Positions 63,151 to 64,000 of a DNA stretch of 64,000 nucleotides are shown here, in pieces. The notes under the pieces were generated by a model that saw only the letters and a program-made list of their open reading frames with translations, had not been told where the DNA came from and searched no databases. Location: contig OZ024743.1 in NCBI GenBank assembly GCA_964016885.1, forward strand, positions 90,334,001 through 90,398,000. Direction: 5' to 3'. Position 1 is the first letter of the stretch. Each line of letters starts with the position of its first letter. The position numbers and the translations under genes are program-made. This DNA is from Eledone cirrhosa. Its lineage: Eukaryota.

Positions 63151-64000
63151 ACTGTATCTATATAGTCAACATCTACACACTGTATCTATATAGTCAACAT
63201 CTACACACTGTATCTATATAGTCAACATCTACACACTGTATCTATCTATAAAGTCAACATCTACACACTGTATCTATCTATAAAGTCAACATCTACACAC
63301 TGTATCTATCTATATAGTCAACATCTACACACTGTATCTATATAGTCAACATCTACACACTGTATCTATATAGTCAACATCTACACACTGTATCTATATA
63401 GTCAACATCTACACACTGTATCTATATAGTCAACATCTACACACTGTATCTATACAGTCAACATCTACACGCTGTATCTATCTATACAGTCAATATCTAT
63501 ACACTGTATCTATATAGTCAACATCTACACACTGTATCTATCTATACAGTCAACGTCTATACACTGTATCTATATAGGCAACATCTACACACTGTATCTA
63601 TACAGTCAACATCTACACACTGTATCTATACAGTCAACATCTACACACTGTATCTATCTATATAGTCAACATCTACACACTGTATCTATATAGTCAACAT
63701 CTACACACTGTATCTATATAGTCAACATCTACACACTGCATCTATATAGTCAACATCTACACACTGTATCTATATAGTCAACATATACACACTGTATCTA
63801 TATAGTCAACATCTACACACTGTATCTATACAGTCAACATCTACACGCTGTATCTATACAGTCAACATCTATACACTGTATCTATATAGGCAACATCTAC
63901 ACACTGTATCTATACAGTCAACATCTACACACTGTATCTATACAGTCAACATCTACACACTATCTATACAGTCAAAATCTACACACTGTATCTCTCTATA

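Larger units (their letters stand above)
1..64000. repeat. Tandem satellite/minisatellite array, 28/32-bp monomer GTCAACATCTACACACTGTA(TCTA)1-2TAYA
   Basis: Every line of the window consists of this monomer or close variants, head-to-tail in one orientation, with no unique sequence seen. The 28-mer consensus is 32-36% GC, has only 2 G on the + strand and has no CpG. Confidence 0.99.

Noticed and set aside
1-64000. CRISPR array (28-32 bp partly palindromic repeat starting GTC)
   Set aside because: Repeats abut directly with no unique spacers, and there is no leader or cas gene in the window.
1-64000. Long telomerase-type repeat (minus-strand GTGTGTAGATGT loosely resembles budding-yeast GGTGTACGGATG cores)
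   Set aside because: The resemblance is loose. Multi-kilobase copying of rare variant order indicates DNA-templated duplication rather than synthesis from a short RNA template, and no chromosome end is visible.
1-64000. Pure sequencing, rolling-circle or synthetic artefact
   Set aside because: Shared rare variants form nested hierarchies with private differences between copies, which is unlike random error or a single amplified circle. Individual exact duplications (3200 and 2570 bp) still need read validation.
1-64000. Bkm-like (GATA)n microsatellite, TATA boxes or promoters
   Set aside because: TCTA/TAGA runs are only about 1-2 units long and TA runs are short parts of the monomer, with no gene context.
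1-64000. Embedded transposon, inverted array segment, tRNA or rRNA
   Set aside because: No non-repeat sequence and no reverse-orientation monomers (GTTGAC...GTGTAG type) were seen on the + strand.

Overview
The whole 64-kb window is one uninterrupted head-to-tail satellite/minisatellite array, in a single orientation and running off both edges. The monomer is GTCAACATCTACACACTGTATCTATA(C/T)A (28 bp), with a common 32-bp form carrying an extra TCTA or TATA. I estimate about 2,100-2,200 copies from length, not from a count. I find no credible gene, RNA gene, CRISPR array or mobile element, and the ORF track is a by-product of the repeat. The interesting structure is internal. Each monomer contains a 7-bp inverted repeat (ACTGTAT-loop-ATAYAGT) and looks like an old dimer of 13+15-bp subunits. 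Rare variant monomers reveal nested, near-identical higher-order duplications of about 0.44, 0.55, 2.3, 2.57, 3.2, 5.1-5.2 and 7.9 kb. There is also a stepwise mutation series, a probable hairpin-loop micro-inversion and a microhomology-flanked deletion. The organism and satellite family cannot be identified from the sequence alone; eukaryotic heterochromatin is an inference. All comparisons were made by eye using marker variants, so boundaries are approximate to about one monomer.
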